64,000 nt of DNA, from positions 182,043 to 246,042 of the forward strand of contig JBNAUL010000001.1 in assembly GCA_049700835.1 (NCBI GenBank), written 5' to 3'. Below, piece by piece: positions 49,631 through 59,654 of this stretch. Source of the stretch: Candidatus Woesearchaeota archaeon (GTDB taxonomy: Archaea > Nanobdellota > Nanobdellia > Woesearchaeales > WAPY01). Each line of letters begins with the position of its first letter. The first letter of the stretch is position 1. The position numbers and the translations under genes were made by a program. A model generated the notes under the pieces. The model saw nothing but the letters and a program-made list of their open reading frames with translations. It had not been told where the DNA came from and did not search any database.

Positions 49631-50122
49631 ATGGAGCAATTGAAAATTTTAAACAGAAAAGAAATCAAGAAAATTCTCAAGCTTCTTAGGGAAAGGTTCT
49701 GCTGTGATTTTGGCTTTGATTCGGATTTTGATTTTGGAATGCTAAAGAGCAGCAGTGGGAAACTTTACTTGGTAACAAAAGAAATCTCAAAACTCAACTT
49801 TAAAAAACTGAAAATTTCAAGAACAGGAATATATTTTGCAGATTATGAAGAAAAATTTAAAAACAACAAAATAAGATTGAGCATTGAAGGAGCGCAGTTG
49901 ATAGGAGCTTTGGCAAAGAAGAACATCCTTGAGATTGACGAATCAGGGCTGAGAAAATGGTTTTTTGGCGAGGATTTGATTGTTAAAAACGCTTCCAATG
50001 TGAGCGATGGCTTTGTAATTCTAAAATACAACAACGATTTTGTCGGATGCGGGCTCTTGAAGCAGGGAATACTTAAAAACTATGTTCCGAAAGAGAGAAG
50101 GGCAAAGGACCTGATATTGTGA
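49631..50122 (+). CDS. NIP7/RsmF-type PUA-like domain protein
   Basis: GIYF, RLSIEGAQLIG, W..GED, LKNYVPKERR. Confidence 0.72.
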   Translation: MEQLKILNRKEIKKILKLLRERFCCDFGFDSDFDFGMLKSSSGKLYLVTKEISKLNFKKLKISRTGIYFADYEEKFKNNKIRLSIEGAQLIGALAKKNILEIDESGLRKWFFGEDLIVKNASNVSDGFVILKYNNDFVGCGLLKQGILKNYVPKERRAKDLIL

Positions 50123-50314
50123 CAAATAATAAACGAGATTGATTTCTACAAGAAAGTAGTGATAAAAGAAAGCTTTATAAAGGTTTTTTCATTTATAGTT
50201 GAAAGGCGAGTTTTGGAACAATCTTGGAACAAGCACTTACATGCAAGAATTATAAAAAGAGTTTTGTAATAGCATAAAAACATAAAAATTACGCTCTTTG
50301 GGTTGGGGGAATTT

Positions 50315-51979
50315 ATGAGCACAAGCGATTTAGAGAAGGATTTAGAAAAAAAATTAGACAAAAAGTTAGAGAACTATCCTCCACTAAACACTCTTTTCTA
50401 TCTTGAAGAAAAGGAGTTTGGCAACACCAGAGCGTATTTTTTGAATTTTAAAAGAAAGGAATTTGATTCTTTGGAAGAGGTAGTTGAAGTTGTAAAACGC
50501 AGGGACAACAGGCTTTACGAGCAGAGTTATTTTGTGCCTTTAAAAAATAAGGGAGAGAAGAACCTTGAATTTGTCCTAAAAGAAGAATACAGGCAAGAAT
50601 TCAACGAAGAGAAAATAAATGAAGATATTGAAAACAGGAAGAGAAGGATAAAAGGAGGTTTTGCATTTTATGAATCATCTCTTGGATTGACAAACATACT
50701 GAAATTATTCTATGGCAATGAAAACTACATGTTAGTTAAACTTGGGATAGACCCTACAAAGGATTTGCACTTAGGGCATTTGAGCGTTTTATTGAAGGCA
50801 AGGGTTCTACAGGAAATGGGGGCTCCTGTAATAATAATTTTAGGGGATTACACAGCAACAGTAGGTGATCCTTCAGGAGGTCTAAAGAGAGAGGACAAGC
50901 CGATATTAGAAAAGGCAAGGGAAATATCAATTGATTATGTAAGAAAAATAACAAATATCCTTAATCCTGAAAAAACATTCTTTGTTTACAACAGCAATTT
51001 TCATTTGCCAGACAACAGAGTTTATGATTTGGTAAAGGTTGCAGAAAACTTCAGCGTTTCAAAAATTTTGGAAAAACCAATATTTTCAGGAGGCAACTTT
51101 CCGCTAAGCCAGTTGTTGTATCCTCTTGTGCAGGCATTGGATTCTGTGCTTACAGGAACACTTATAGAACTTGGGGGAACAGATCAAAGAGAAAATCTGC
51201 TCTTAACAAGAGAATTGCAGAGGGCTTACAATTTAGAAGATGAAGCCCTGATTTATGAAACGCTGATAATAGGAAAAGATGGAAACAAGATGAGCAAATT
51301 CTTGAACAACTACATTTCTTTGAACTCTCCAAAGGAGATCTACTCAGGAATCTTGAGCTTTCCTGACTTTATAGAAACAGACATTCTTAAAACAGAGATA
51401 GATGAATTGAAAGGCACTAAAAAAACAAGCAAAAAATTGGTTTTCTTTCCAGAATACATAAATCTATGCATCAGAAAAGAAGATTGCGATAAAAACAAGA
51501 GTCCAATCCTAAACGATTATTCAAGAAATTCTGAGGAATCAAAGCATTTTTCTGAAAAGATGCTCAAGATTTTCAATCCATTAGAATTGAAGATTAAAGC
51601 AGCTGAATACATATGCAGATTATTATTTGGGGAGCAAGGAGCAAAAGAAGGTTATGATTTCTACTTGAAAAACATTAAAAAACAAGGAATTCCAGAGGAA
51701 GCAATAGATGTAAAGATAAGCAAACTTTGGAATAAGAAATTAGCAGACATACTTAGCGAGTGCACAGGACTTTCAAAATCAGAGATAAGGAGGATGTCTG
51801 AGCAAAACGGAATAAAAATACTAAAAGATGAATATGGTGTAGGAAAAACTCCCTTAGAACCAAATTATCTAAATCAAAATATAGAAGATTTTTTTAAAAA
51901 TATAGAACAATACAAGATAAACAAGGAATACATTATGCTGTTTGTTGGTAAAAAACTTTTCATAAGAATAAGCGAGTAA
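50315..51979 (+). CDS. tyrS: Tyrosine--tRNA ligase, bacterial type, with N-terminal extension
   Basis: KLGIDPT.DLHLGH, VGDPSG, YPLVQALDS, ELGGTDQ, KMSK, S4-like C-terminus (SKSEIRR..EQNGIKI). Confidence 0.85.
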   Translation: MSTSDLEKDLEKKLDKKLENYPPLNTLFYLEEKEFGNTRAYFLNFKRKEFDSLEEVVEVVKRRDNRLYEQSYFVPLKNKGEKNLEFVLKEEYRQEFNEEKINEDIENRKRRIKGGFAFYESSLGLTNILKLFYGNENYMLVKLGIDPTKDLHLGHLSVLLKARVLQEMGAPVIIILGDYTATVGDPSGGLKREDKPILEKAREISIDYVRKITNILNPEKTFFVYNSNFHLPDNRVYDLVKVAENFSVSKILEKPIFSGGNFPLSQLLYPLVQALDSVLTGTLIELGGTDQRENLLLTRELQRAYNLEDEALIYETLIIGKDGNKMSKFLNNYISLNSPKEIYSGILSFPDFIETDILKTEIDELKGTKKTSKKLVFFPEYINLCIRKEDCDKNKSPILNDYSRNSEESKHFSEKMLKIFNPLELKIKAAEYICRLLFGEQGAKEGYDFYLKNIKKQGIPEEAIDVKISKLWNKKLADILSECTGLSKSEIRRMSEQNGIKILKDEYGVGKTPLEPNYLNQNIEDFFKNIEQYKINKEYIMLFVGKKLFIRISE

Positions 51980-51981
51980 AA

Positions 51982-52722
51982 ATGGAAGAGAAAAAATTAA
52001 ATGAAGATTTGAAGTTTTTAATGGAAAAGATAGGACTGAATTGCAAGTTTTGCGATGCACACTGCTGCAAAATTATAACCTCAAACTCCAAAAATTTAAA
52101 CATAATCTTGAACGAGCAGGACGAAGCATTCCTTTTAAAAAGAATGCTTGAAACAAATAAAGATTTAATAAAGTATGAGGCCTTTGATGCAAGAAAATAC
52201 GCTTCTAATGAGGGAAAATATGTTGTAAAAAAGATAGAACAGCATTTTGATGATTTAAGCGAATTCATAGGCTTGGAAAAAGACCATGTACTGAAATTGG
52301 AAAACGGCTTCTTGAAAATACCTGTAATGAATTTTAGGGAAATTAAGGAGGAAAAAAATAATGAATATTTGAGCATGAGCGCCTGCACAGCCCTAAACAC
52401 AAAGACTAACAGGTGCGAAATCCACGATGAAAATCCATTGTTCTGCAAATTGTTTCCTTATTATTTGGAACCAGTGATAAGAAAAGGGGCTTACAATTCG
52501 CGCTACTTTTCAGGATATTTTTCAATAAAGATAACTCCATGCAATGAAAGCATTGAAAATAAAATAAAAAATTTAGGAGATGCTGACAGAGCTTTGATAA
52601 AGAGAAAGATTCACGAGATTTTAAGGGAAAGAGAAAATTTTTTGGCAAGATTGACAGCTTTTTACGAGTTCAACACAGAGATTATAAGTAATTTTGAATC
52701 CTCAAACAGAATTTCCTTGTAA
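51982..52722 (+). CDS. YkgJ-family cysteine-cluster protein
   Basis: CKFCDAHCC ... CTAL...CEIH...P..CKLFPY. Confidence 0.8.
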   Translation: MEEKKLNEDLKFLMEKIGLNCKFCDAHCCKIITSNSKNLNIILNEQDEAFLLKRMLETNKDLIKYEAFDARKYASNEGKYVVKKIEQHFDDLSEFIGLEKDHVLKLENGFLKIPVMNFREIKEEKNNEYLSMSACTALNTKTNRCEIHDENPLFCKLFPYYLEPVIRKGAYNSRYFSGYFSIKITPCNESIENKIKNLGDADRALIKRKIHEILRERENFLARLTAFYEFNTEIISNFESSNRISL

Positions 52723-52778
52723 TGATTTTAATAATGTAATAATGATGTAATAAAGATAAGGTGATAAAGGAGAGCAAT

Positions 52779-53273
52779 CTAAATCTTGAAATTCCAAATA
52801 GAATCTCCATAGCAGTGTATGTTCTTAGCAACAACTCCTGATTTAAGAGCAGAGATTTCTTCGGATTTGAAAAGTGATTGAGTAAATGCTATTGGTTTCA
52901 TGTTTTGCTCTTCAACCACAACAGCAATTTCATCTTTATTCAAATCAGGCGAATAGCTTAAAATTCCAGGACGCATTACATCTGCCCTGTTTATTATGTG
53001 GGCTATTGCTCCTCTATCAATAATGATCTTCTTCATTGAATTGAGGATGTTTTGGTTTTCAAGCAGGATATGCAAAGATGGCAAAATTCTTTCTTTGAAA
53101 TAAAAGAACCCTATTCTTTTATTAAGCACAATGACCTTACGGTTTTCGACAAGAGCACTATAAACTTCATTACCCTTTCTTAAAACAAAGCCGTACTGCG
53201 ACACTTCTTTTGAGAGTTCCCTCAATTCTTTGTTGCTCAATCTTTTAAGATTCATTTTGTAATTTTTTATCAT
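52779..53273 (-). CDS. PUA-domain RNA-binding protein (MCT-1/Tma20-like)
   Basis: LPSL, IDRGAI..I.NRADVMRPGI, G....NIHCYGD.IW. Confidence 0.87.
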   Translation of the reverse strand: MIKNYKMNLKRLSNKELRELSKEVSQYGFVLRKGNEVYSALVENRKVIVLNKRIGFFYFKERILPSLHILLENQNILNSMKKIIIDRGAIAHIINRADVMRPGILSYSPDLNKDEIAVVVEEQNMKPIAFTQSLFKSEEISALKSGVVAKNIHCYGDSIWNFKI

Positions 53274-53285
53274 TCATTTGATTAT

Positions 53286-54296
53286 TCATCTTTTATATAG
53301 GAAAATTCCAAAACTTTCTGCGCCAAAATGAGTTCCAAGAACAAAATCAGAACAAAGGTATTCAGCATAAATGCCTTTCTCGCTTAGAATTTCCTCAACA
53401 TCTTTTAACTTATCTCTTGTGTTTTTTCCTGTATAGAGTAAAATGGCTCTGTTGTAAAATTCTTTTCTTTCACCCAATTCTTTTACCACTTCCTCCTTAA
53501 AAGCAATAAGAGATTTCTTTTCTCCCTTTATTATCTTTAGGAGATTTACCTTGCCTTCCTGCAGAGTTATTAGTGGAATTATTTTAAAAGTATTCATGAG
53601 GTTAGTTATCGGCTTTAGAACATCTCCTCTTCCGCCAATATCAATGTACCTCAAATCAAATATTAACCCTCTCATAAAAACTTCTTTATAATAATCATTA
53701 AATTCTTCTCTTGCTTCGTTATTTATAATTCTTTCCAAGTGATTGTAAGCGCAAAGCCCAACAATCTTGCTTACGCTCTTTGAGTCCAAAACAAAAACAT
53801 TCTTTCTTTCGCTTTCAGGAAGTTCGTTTAAGGAAAGCAATGCAGTACTATAAGTGCTGCTCAGTTTTGAAGAGATCGTTGAAATGACAACAGCATCATA
53901 ATTGCTTATTCCTTCAAGTGATTTTGTAAAATCAGAGATGTTTGGTTGCGATGTTTTAACCTTTCCAGGACCCAACGATTTCAATATCTCATAAAATTTT
54001 TCTCTTGGAGAAAAATTGTTGAAATTAGAATTATTAATGTTTATCCCCAAATCAGAGAGCAGTTTGTCTGTTTCTCCTTGACTGTTCAGAATTTCCTCAA
54101 GTTCTCTTTCACAAAAAGAAACCGTTTTATTTTTGCTAATTGACTCAAGAATCAATTTTAAATTAACATTCTCAACATCGATGTTATTGTCTTCTCTGCT
54201 TAAAATCTCTTCTGGAAATTCTCCCCCGCTCAAAATTATCTTGTACCTTTTATGGTTCTCTTTCTTTGGTAAGTTCATAAGGTGTATGCTTAGCAT
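53286..54296 (-). CDS. DegV (FakB-like) family protein, divergent
   Basis: KTSQPN, ISSKLSSTY, LDSKSVS, GGR, LGTHFG motifs. Confidence 0.8.
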   Translation of the reverse strand: MLSIHLMNLPKKENHKRYKIILSGGEFPEEILSREDNNIDVENVNLKLILESISKNKTVSFCERELEEILNSQGETDKLLSDLGININNSNFNNFSPREKFYEILKSLGPGKVKTSQPNISDFTKSLEGISNYDAVVISTISSKLSSTYSTALLSLNELPESERKNVFVLDSKSVSKIVGLCAYNHLERIINNEAREEFNDYYKEVFMRGLIFDLRYIDIGGRGDVLKPITNLMNTFKIIPLITLQEGKVNLLKIIKGEKKSLIAFKEEVVKELGERKEFYNRAILLYTGKNTRDKLKDVEEILSEKGIYAEYLCSDFVLGTHFGAESFGIFLYKR

Positions 54297-54361
54297 TTCT
54301 TATATAAATTTTTCCTTTGAAGTGAAAATTATTTGAAACAAAAATAGAAAACAAAGAAAAA

Positions 54362-55228
54362 TCATCTGAATATTATTGAAGCATAGCTAACGCTGTTTTT
54401 GTAATCTCCCATTATGTCTCCAGAAGTGTAATACTGAAGCAATTCTGCCTCATTCTTTTTTATTGAATTTATAAGGGTTGCTATCGGTATTGCACCGCAG
54501 ATGGTTGCTCCTGTTTCATACACATAGTTCAAAAATTCGTAATCATTGAATTTTCTTATGAAACTGATTGCTTTCTTGTCAAGTTGGTATATTCTCTTTT
54601 GAACATCTGTTGTGAACGGAAGGTAGCTGTAATTCCTTCCGTAGTGCGTGAAATCAGAACTTGCTATTATTGTAGCCCTTTTCTTGGTTTCAACAATTGT
54701 TTCCTTGAGGTCAAGAGCAAATTTTTTGTAATCAAAATCAGAACTTAAAACTATGGGCAAAATTTTCAATTCATTTATCCTGTCCTCGTTGATAAACTGC
54801 AAAAACGGCAGTTGAACTTCAATTGAGTGTTCTTCCAGATGAGGAAGCTCTGATTCAGCAATAGAACCCTTGCTTATCAATCCGTTTGCAAAACTCTTGT
54901 CACACCTCACAATACCAAGAGGAGTTTCAAAAGCATTTGTTGTCAGAGCAGAACCTCCAAGCCCTGTATGGTTTGGGCCAATTATTATGTAAAGGTCAGG
55001 CATTTCTGATTCAGCCAGTTCTTTGTAAGCCCATGCAGCGCAAGGGCCTGAATAGATGTAGCCTGCATGAGGAATTATTGCTCCTTGAACAAAACCGGTT
55101 CTCTTTTTTATAGGAAGAGCCCCAGGCCCTCTCTTTGATTCAAAGCATTCAACTATTTGGTTTCTAAGAGCTTTAGAGTCATCTTCATAAAAAAGTCCAG
55201 CAGCAACGCTTCTCCTTATATTTTGCAT
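54362..55228 (-). CDS. MEMO1 / AmmeMemoRadiSam protein B
   Basis: AGLFY, PHAGYIYSG, GPNHTG, EHSIEVQLPFLQ, ASSDFTHYG, TICG, VSYAS. Confidence 0.93.
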   Translation of the reverse strand: MQNIRRSVAAGLFYEDDSKALRNQIVECFESKRGPGALPIKKRTGFVQGAIIPHAGYIYSGPCAAWAYKELAESEMPDLYIIIGPNHTGLGGSALTTNAFETPLGIVRCDKSFANGLISKGSIAESELPHLEEHSIEVQLPFLQFINEDRINELKILPIVLSSDFDYKKFALDLKETIVETKKRATIIASSDFTHYGRNYSYLPFTTDVQKRIYQLDKKAISFIRKFNDYEFLNYVYETGATICGAIPIATLINSIKKNEAELLQYYTSGDIMGDYKNSVSYASIIFR

Positions 55229-55360
55229 AATAAAAATGGATTTATTTCTTATATAAAAAACTTTTCCAAACTAATGATTGAGTTTTTTGTTGTTATTTTA
55301 ATGTAACAGCAAAAGTTTTAATAAAAAACAGGGTTTTTAATTGGTATAGAGGGGGTATTA

Positions 55361-56113
55361 ATGAAGTTCGGGCTCTTCAAGAAGGAATCTAAAAAGGCAG
55401 AACAAAAGAAATCAGAAAAACCAGGGGAAACTCAGCTCAAAGACAAAAAAGAAGCAATTCTGCAGGAACAATTTCCAGCATTTCAGAAAGGATCATTGGA
55501 AACAATGAACATCGAATCTAAAAGCCCGTTTGAACAACACTTTGAACAAGATAATTTAGGAATTGCAAAAACTGAAAACAAAGTTCTAAATGAGATGCAG
55601 CAAAAACCTCAAACAATTTCAATAACACCTTCTTTAAATCAAGATATCCAAATAGGATTTGGAACTCAGGAACAACAATACAAGAGCCAAGAGAGCACAG
55701 CTCCTTTGTTCTCAGATACAATAATTCCACCGCCAAAAGTTTCAGATTTACCAAAGAATTCTAATGCAAATGAAAAGGAATTTGAATACAAGGATTACTC
55801 AAAAGATTACTTTAACATTCATAGGATAGAACCTATAATACTTAAACCTGACGAGGAATATGCTGAAACAAGCTTTATGAAAACTTCTGAAAGACAAAAA
55901 ACAAGAGAGCTCTTCCTGAACATAAATGACTATAAGGAAATTCTTCAGGAGATAAAAAACCTAAAATTAATAATAGAGAGCACGAACTATTATTTAGAAT
56001 ATGCAGAGGAACAGGATAAAAAAGAGGAAAAGATTCTAAACGAGTTGAGAGTGAGGTTAGAGGACATTGAAAGGAAAATACTCCTAATTGACAAGATTAT
56101 TTTTGAAAAGTGA
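55361..56113 (+). CDS. Hypothetical protein, disordered N-terminus + C-terminal coiled coil
   Basis: 250-aa ORF with GAGGGGG SD; first of three overlapping ORFs. Confidence 0.75.
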   Translation: MKFGLFKKESKKAEQKKSEKPGETQLKDKKEAILQEQFPAFQKGSLETMNIESKSPFEQHFEQDNLGIAKTENKVLNEMQQKPQTISITPSLNQDIQIGFGTQEQQYKSQESTAPLFSDTIIPPPKVSDLPKNSNANEKEFEYKDYSKDYFNIHRIEPIILKPDEEYAETSFMKTSERQKTRELFLNINDYKEILQEIKNLKLIIESTNYYLEYAEEQDKKEEKILNELRVRLEDIERKILLIDKIIFEK

Positions 56114-56118
56114 TTAAA

Positions 56119-56340
56119 ATGGAAGATATTCCAATTTACAAGAAAGTTGAAAATTACAAGGAAGTGCTCGACATAATTGAACTCCTGAAGCACAAAATTG
56201 AGGAATTGAAAGAACTTGTATTGACTTTTGAAGAGCTTAAAACTAGAGAATCTGAAATCATAAGCGAGTTGAAGAGCGGAACACGAGAGATAAATCAAAG
56301 AATAGAAAAAATAGATTCTGAACTGCTAACTCCAAAATGA
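56119..56340 (+). CDS. Small coiled-coil hypothetical protein
   Basis: PIYKKVENYKEVLDII plus heptads; resembles C-terminus of the upstream ORF. Confidence 0.7.
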   Translation: MEDIPIYKKVENYKEVLDIIELLKHKIEELKELVLTFEELKTRESEIISELKSGTREINQRIEKIDSELLTPK

Positions 56341-56813
56341 ACTCTGAATTTTTTGTCAGGATTGAAGAACCAAGAACTCTTAGGAAGGAACTCTTGGAAA
56401 CATCCAAAATTACTATAAATCTTCTTAAAAAACAAGAGAACATTAAAAAGATAAAGATTGAAAAGAGAGAAACAATAAGCAGAATAAGAAAAAAAAACTC
56501 TGAAATAAAGCTTCTCTTGGAAAGAATGGAAAAACTCATGCCTGAAATTTCTATGGAAAAGAAAATTGAGCCTGAATACAAAATTGCAGAGAGCAACATA
56601 GACGCTTCAAAGAAATTAGAATTAAGGGGAATGCAAAAAAACATTAGGCAATCAATTCAATCAATTCAATTAAATAGGTCAAGTGGATCAAGCGTATCAA
56701 ACAGACCAAGCAGATCAAGTTTGAGTATGGAAAGAGGAAATGCTTCTCTTGAAAAATTGAAGAGCTTGGAGAAGGAACTTAAAGAACTTGAGGAGAAGAT
56801 AAAGAACATCTAA
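56337..56813 (+). CDS. Coiled-coil hypothetical protein
   Basis: ATGA overlap with previous gene; FFVRIEEP..LRKELLE, C-terminal heptads. Confidence 0.72.
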   Translation: MNSEFFVRIEEPRTLRKELLETSKITINLLKKQENIKKIKIEKRETISRIRKKNSEIKLLLERMEKLMPEISMEKKIEPEYKIAESNIDASKKLELRGMQKNIRQSIQSIQLNRSSGSSVSNRPSRSSLSMERGNASLEKLKSLEKELKELEEKIKNI

Positions 56814-56919
56814 ATGAAATTTCTCAACAATTTTTTTGCAGAACATTCTTAAATCAAAAAAATTTTTAAATAGAGCAACAAAACTTTATTCAAAGAGAGC
56901 TTTTTATTGTTTTTCAAGC

Positions 56920-57003
56920 GCGGGGGTAGCAAAGTGGCCAAATGCAGCAGGCTCAAGACCTGCTCCCTTAGTGGGTTCGTGGGTTCGAATCCCTCCCCCC
57001 GCA
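56920..57003 (+). tRNA. tRNA-Leu(CAA), intronless
   Basis: GCGGGGG/CCCCCGC+A; GCAGG-CTCAAGA-CCTGC; long variable arm; TTCGAAT loop. Confidence 0.95.
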
Positions 57004-57051
57004 TAAAACAAAACAACAAGATTTTTAAACCTTACAAAATTCTGAAGTTTT

Positions 57052-58866
57052 ATGGAACAAAAATATTTTGAAAAGGTGATTTTGGACAGTTCTGCGCTTT
57101 CAGAAGGAGTTGTCTCAAAGTTGCTTAGGGAAAATAGCATTGCTTTCGATGAACTGATAATTCCAGAGGCGCTTGTTTCTGTGGTTGAAAATCAGATTGA
57201 GCAGAACAGGGCATTCGGCTTTTTAGGAATAGAAGAACTTGAAAATCTTAAGAAACTGAGTTCAAACAAATTCGGGATAAGATTTTCTGGAAAAAAACTT
57301 TCCCATTTTGAACTTGAAAAGATAAACATGTTTGAAGTAGATTCAATAATCAGGGACATAGCTTATGAAGAAGGAGCATGCTTGATAACAGCAAACAAGT
57401 TTCAGGAAAAACTAGCGCTCTCAAAAGGCATCGATGTTCTTTTTGTCAAACCAGAAGAAAAAGCGCAAGAGCTTGAAATAAGCAAATTCTTTGACGAGCA
57501 CACGATGAGCGTTCATTTGAGAGAAAACAATCCGGCTTTTGCCAAGAAAGGAGTTCCTGGGAATTGGACCTTTGTTAAACTTGGAGAAAAAGTTTTGACA
57601 AGGGAAGATGTTTCTGGTTTTTCAAGAAACATCATTGAAGTTGCGAGTTCTGAGAAGAACGCATTCATAGAGATTGAAAGGCAGGGAAGCACGATTGTTC
57701 AGATAGAAAATTTTCGCATAGTAATAACAAAACCGCCATTGTCAGACGGATGGGAAATAACTGCTGTTAGGCCTGTAAAGAAACTATCATTACAAGATTA
57801 TAATCTTTCAGAGAAACTAATAAAGAGAATCTCTGAACAAGCAGAGGGGATTTTAATAGCAGGAGCCCCTGGGCATGGAAAGAGTACCTTTGCGCAGGCT
57901 CTGGCAGAGTTCTACGCTTCAAAACAAAAGATTGTGAAGACGATAGAAGCCCCAAGGGATTTGGTGCTTCCTGACAGCATAACTCAGTATGCAATATCTT
58001 ACGGAAGCCCTCAAGAGATCCACGATATTCTGCTGCTTTCAAGGCCTGACTACACTATCTTTGACGAGATGAGAAACACTGCTGATTTTCAACTGTTCTC
58101 AGATTTGAGATTAGCAGGCATTGGATTGGCAGGGGTTGTGCATGCAACAAACCCAATAGATGCGATACAGAGGTTTGTTGGAAGAATAGAATTGGGAGTT
58201 ATCCCGCAGGTTATAGACACTGTGATTTTCATAAAAAATGGCTCTGTCCACAAGGTTTTAAGTTTGCAGATGGTTGTGAAGGTTCCTTCAGGAATGACAG
58301 AAGCAGACTTGGCAAGGCCTGTTGTAGTTGTTACTGATTTTGAAACATCAAAATTAGAGTATGAGCTCTATTCTTATGGAGAAGAAACAGTTGTTGTTCC
58401 TGTAAAAACAGAGAAATCTCCTCTAAGAGAGCTCGCCTCAAAAACAGTTGAGGACTATTTTAGAGCCTATTCTGACGAAGTTGAAATTGATTTTATAAGC
58501 GACAGCAAGTGCATTGTAAGGGTTCCTTCAAACAAGATAGCAGCCATAATTGGGAAGCAGGGAAAGAACATTGACTACATAGAAAAGAAACTTGGAATAA
58601 ACATTGACATTCAGGAGTTGGAAAGAAAAGAAGAAGGAAAAGAAGGTCTAAGGTTTGATTTTGAAATAACTAAGAAAGGAATAATCCTTAAGTTCAAGCA
58701 AAAATACGCAGGTAAGAATATTGACATTCTTGTAGATGAAGAATTTCTCATGAATGCAAACATCGGAGCAAACGGGCTTGTAAAGATAGCAAAAAAGAAT
58801 AAGATTGGAAAGATAATAGAAGATGCTTTAAATTCTGGAAAACTGGATGTTGTTCTGAGAAAATGA
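57052..58866 (+). CDS. PIN-domain ATPase with KH domain (PINA family)
   Basis: N-terminal PIN (LDSSAL), TMSVHL, GAPGHGKST, DEMR, VVHA, KH IIGKQGKNI. Confidence 0.92.
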   Translation: MEQKYFEKVILDSSALSEGVVSKLLRENSIAFDELIIPEALVSVVENQIEQNRAFGFLGIEELENLKKLSSNKFGIRFSGKKLSHFELEKINMFEVDSIIRDIAYEEGACLITANKFQEKLALSKGIDVLFVKPEEKAQELEISKFFDEHTMSVHLRENNPAFAKKGVPGNWTFVKLGEKVLTREDVSGFSRNIIEVASSEKNAFIEIERQGSTIVQIENFRIVITKPPLSDGWEITAVRPVKKLSLQDYNLSEKLIKRISEQAEGILIAGAPGHGKSTFAQALAEFYASKQKIVKTIEAPRDLVLPDSITQYAISYGSPQEIHDILLLSRPDYTIFDEMRNTADFQLFSDLRLAGIGLAGVVHATNPIDAIQRFVGRIELGVIPQVIDTVIFIKNGSVHKVLSLQMVVKVPSGMTEADLARPVVVVTDFETSKLEYELYSYGEETVVVPVKTEKSPLRELASKTVEDYFRAYSDEVEIDFISDSKCIVRVPSNKIAAIIGKQGKNIDYIEKKLGINIDIQELERKEEGKEGLRFDFEITKKGIILKFKQKYAGKNIDILVDEEFLMNANIGANGLVKIAKKNKIGKIIEDALNSGKLDVVLRK

Positions 58867-58887
58867 TTTTAAAACATTTTTAATTTT

Positions 58888-59631
58888 TTATTTCATGACT
58901 CCATAGTATTTCAGCATGAACAGGTCAGCGCTTCTCAACAGTTCAAATCCAAGCCCTTGAACAATTGCGCAATTGCCCTCAAATGCAAGCATTGTCGGAG
59001 CTTGGTGGTTTAGGAAGATTATAGGTTCGTTTTTGTGCTCCTCAGAACTGCAATTAATTATCTTGACATTTAAACAGCCCTGATTGTCTTGCTGCGTGCA
59101 AGAAGCAATCGGCATCTTGTTAAGAAATCTTGAGAGCCCTATTGAGAGATCTCCTGCTGCCAGTGCGACATAACTCAATTCCTCATCAAAAGGATTAAAT
59201 GTTATGTAAACATAGTTCTTTGAGTTAAAAACATCACTCATGTTTCCGATGACAGGTATGTCAAGCAATTCCTTAGGAGAATACCTTAAAACCCACTGGT
59301 CCTCAAGATAGCCATTTTTTATTGTCATGTTCCAGAAATTTCCATACCTGACAAATTTGTAACCATTGTAGTAATATTGGTTGGCTGACAATGATTTCTG
59401 TCTTACATAAAAGAAGCCAATTGAAAAAGCACAAAGGATCATTAAAACAATGATTGCAATAACATAGTAATCGTTCCTTTTTTTGCTGCTTTCCATTTTG
59501 CCTTCTTTTAAAATCTTCTTTTCTTCATCATCTGTTTTTTCTTTAATTTCTTTGATTTTTTCTCTTTCTGTTTCTTCTGCTTTAAGAGAAGCATTTGTTC
59601 CTTCCTTTCTTACTTTTATGACTTTTCTCAT
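58888..59631 (-). CDS. Membrane-anchored hypothetical protein
   Basis: Single TM, then YNGYKF...YSP...YITFNP...Cys-containing domain. Confidence 0.75.
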   Translation of the reverse strand: MRKVIKVRKEGTNASLKAEETEREKIKEIKEKTDDEEKKILKEGKMESSKKRNDYYVIAIIVLMILCAFSIGFFYVRQKSLSANQYYYNGYKFVRYGNFWNMTIKNGYLEDQWVLRYSPKELLDIPVIGNMSDVFNSKNYVYITFNPFDEELSYVALAAGDLSIGLSRFLNKMPIASCTQQDNQGCLNVKIINCSSEEHKNEPIIFLNHQAPTMLAFEGNCAIVQGLGFELLRSADLFMLKYYGVMK

Positions 59632-59654
59632 TTTGTTTTAGAAGCTTTTTTTAA

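Noticed and set aside
56904..57140. Minus-strand ORF containing GGGIRTHEP, and similarly 267-644
   Set aside because: Shadow translation of a tRNA gene
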